32,000 bases of DNA. It comes from Buchnera aphidicola str. APS (Acyrthosiphon pisum) (GTDB lineage: Bacteria; Pseudomonadota; Gammaproteobacteria; Enterobacterales; Enterobacteriaceae). A program made the position numbers and the translations under genes. The DNA is taken from positions 30,001-62,000 of the forward strand of contig NC_002528.1 in the NCBI RefSeq assembly GCF_000009605.1, read 5' to 3'. This document shows positions 30,941-32,000 of this stretch, in pieces (the stretch's first letter is position 1; each line of letters begins with the position of its first letter). The notes under the pieces were generated by a model, which was not told the origin of the DNA, made no database searches, and worked only from the letters and a program-made list of their open reading frames with translations.

Positions 30941-32000
30941 TTATCTTTTCGATAACTTTTTATTAATAGACCAAATCTCTTTTTTTTCATTCATTTGCAA
31001 TCCTTTTTTTCTCTCTTTTGCAATAAGATATTCTCGTCTTTTTTCAAGGATTTTATCATGTATATTCATTAATAAATCTAAAAACATGTTTTGAGTTTCT
31101 TTTTGAATTATCATGTGATCCCATCGTGCTAAAATTTTTAAAACATTAATTATTGTAGTATTTCTGTATAGTTCTAATAATTGACCCGTATGAATATTAG
31201 GATTATCACGACATGTCTGTAATATTTCTAAAAAAATAGATAATCCTTTTATTTGTAAATTTTTAAATTTCATTGTCACAGGCACTAGTTTTGCTAAACT
31301 AGGATTTTGTACTAATAATCCTATTAAAGTACGCATGGGAGTACGTTTTATTTGGAAATATGTTTTTTGAGTATTTTTAGTTTCTTTTTCATATAAAAAT
31401 TTTTCAAATTGATTATCATCTAAAATTCCTATCATTCTAGCTAATATTTGACGCAAATAAATTCTTATAGTGTCACTAGAAATCGTATTTATTAAAGGTA
31501 AAGCATGTACGCTTAAATGAAATTTGTCATCATCAGATGATAAATTGATATTTTTTAGTATATTTTTAAAAAAAAATTTTGACATGGTAATTGCGTTATC
31601 AATTCGTTTTTGAAATTTTTCTCTACCTTCTTTTCTAATAATTGTATCAGGATCTTCCTGGTTAGGTAATAAAATAAATTTTAATGTTTTTTTGTCTGAT
31701 ATATACGGCAAGGCTTTTTTTAAAGTTTTCCAAGCTGCATTTTTTCCTGCATCATCACCATCATAGCAACATATAATGATATCAGTATTTTTAAAGAGAA
31801 GTTGAATGTGTTCAGTTGTTGTTGAAGTTCCTAATATAGAAACAGCATAATCGATATTATATTGTGTTAATGTTATAACATCAATATACCCCTCAACAAC
31901 CAATAAATATACAGGTTTTGAACATTTTTTTATAACTTGATATAATCCATATATTTGTTTTCTTTTATAAAAAATATCTGTTTCAGGTGAGTTAAGATAT
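30941..32000 (-). CDS. dnaG: DNA primase, C-terminal about 350 codons (5' end outside the window)
   Basis: The frame stays open to the window edge. From position 31999 it reads [44 protein letters not shown].., matching E. coli DnaG (YLNSPETPIF..LLVVEGYMDVVAL). The TOPRIM DGDDAG motif is present. The ORF-track start at 31903 is internal. Confidence 0.95.
   Translation of the reverse strand, partial: YLNSPETDIFYKRKQIYGLYQVIKKCSKPVYLLVVEGYIDVITLTQYNIDYAVSILGTSTTTEHIQLLFKNTDIIICCYDGDDAGKNAAWKTLKKALPYISDKKTLKFILLPNQEDPDTIIRKEGREKFQKRIDNAITMSKFFFKNILKNINLSSDDDKFHLSVHALPLINTISSDTIRIYLRQILARMIGILDDNQFEKFLYEKETKNTQKTYFQIKRTPMRTLIGLLVQNPSLAKLVPVTMKFKNLQIKGLSIFLEILQTCRDNPNIHTGQLLELYRNTTIINVLKILARWDHMIIQKETQNMFLDLLMNIHDKILEKRREYLIAKERKKGLQMNEKKEIWSINKKLSKR

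Noticed and set aside
31901-31903. The ORF-track start of dnaG at 31903.
   Set aside because: The same frame is open upstream to the window edge and encodes conserved primase sequence (YLNSPET..), so 31903 is an internal Leu codon and the gene is truncated by the window.

Overview
The window is a gene-dense, very AT-rich stretch of a reduced gammaproteobacterial chromosome. The proteins are close to E. coli orthologues. Gene order is E. coli-like, with whole genes missing at several junctions. Together these point to a Buchnera aphidicola-type aphid endosymbiont; from memory the order matches the metE-to-dnaG region of the Acyrthosiphon pisum strain, but I cannot confirm that here.

I support 24 protein genes, two of them cut by the window edges:
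- yigL-like 3' end, metE, purH, hupA
- rpoC, rpoB, rplL, rplJ, rplA, rplK, nusG, secE
- murB, metF, argE, argC, argB, argG, argH
- yibN, secB, cysE, rpoD, and dnaG (5' end outside the window)

There is also a four-gene tRNA operon (Thr-UGU, Tyr-GUA, Gly-UCC, Thr-GGU), one decayed pseudogene, and a few GC-rich hairpins that stand out in the AT-rich spacers.

I see no mobile elements, CRISPR arrays, phage genes, toxin or defence genes, or unexplained multi-gene cassettes, so I do not claim a novel system. This is core housekeeping and amino-acid-provisioning DNA.

The best observation is that the 970-bp 'empty' spacer upstream of metE is a stop-riddled, frameshifted remnant of the regulator metR. 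Lesser points:
- tufB is deleted from the tRNA-tufB operon.
- Three of the four tRNAs lack an encoded CCA.
- A10-A11 slippery tracts sit inside secB, rplJ and murB.
- RpoB has Leu instead of Pro at position 535, next to the rifampicin pocket.
- The L7/L12 hinge has been recoded by AT bias.
- SecB lacks its C-terminal tail.
- argG is the short type and sits inside argCBGH.
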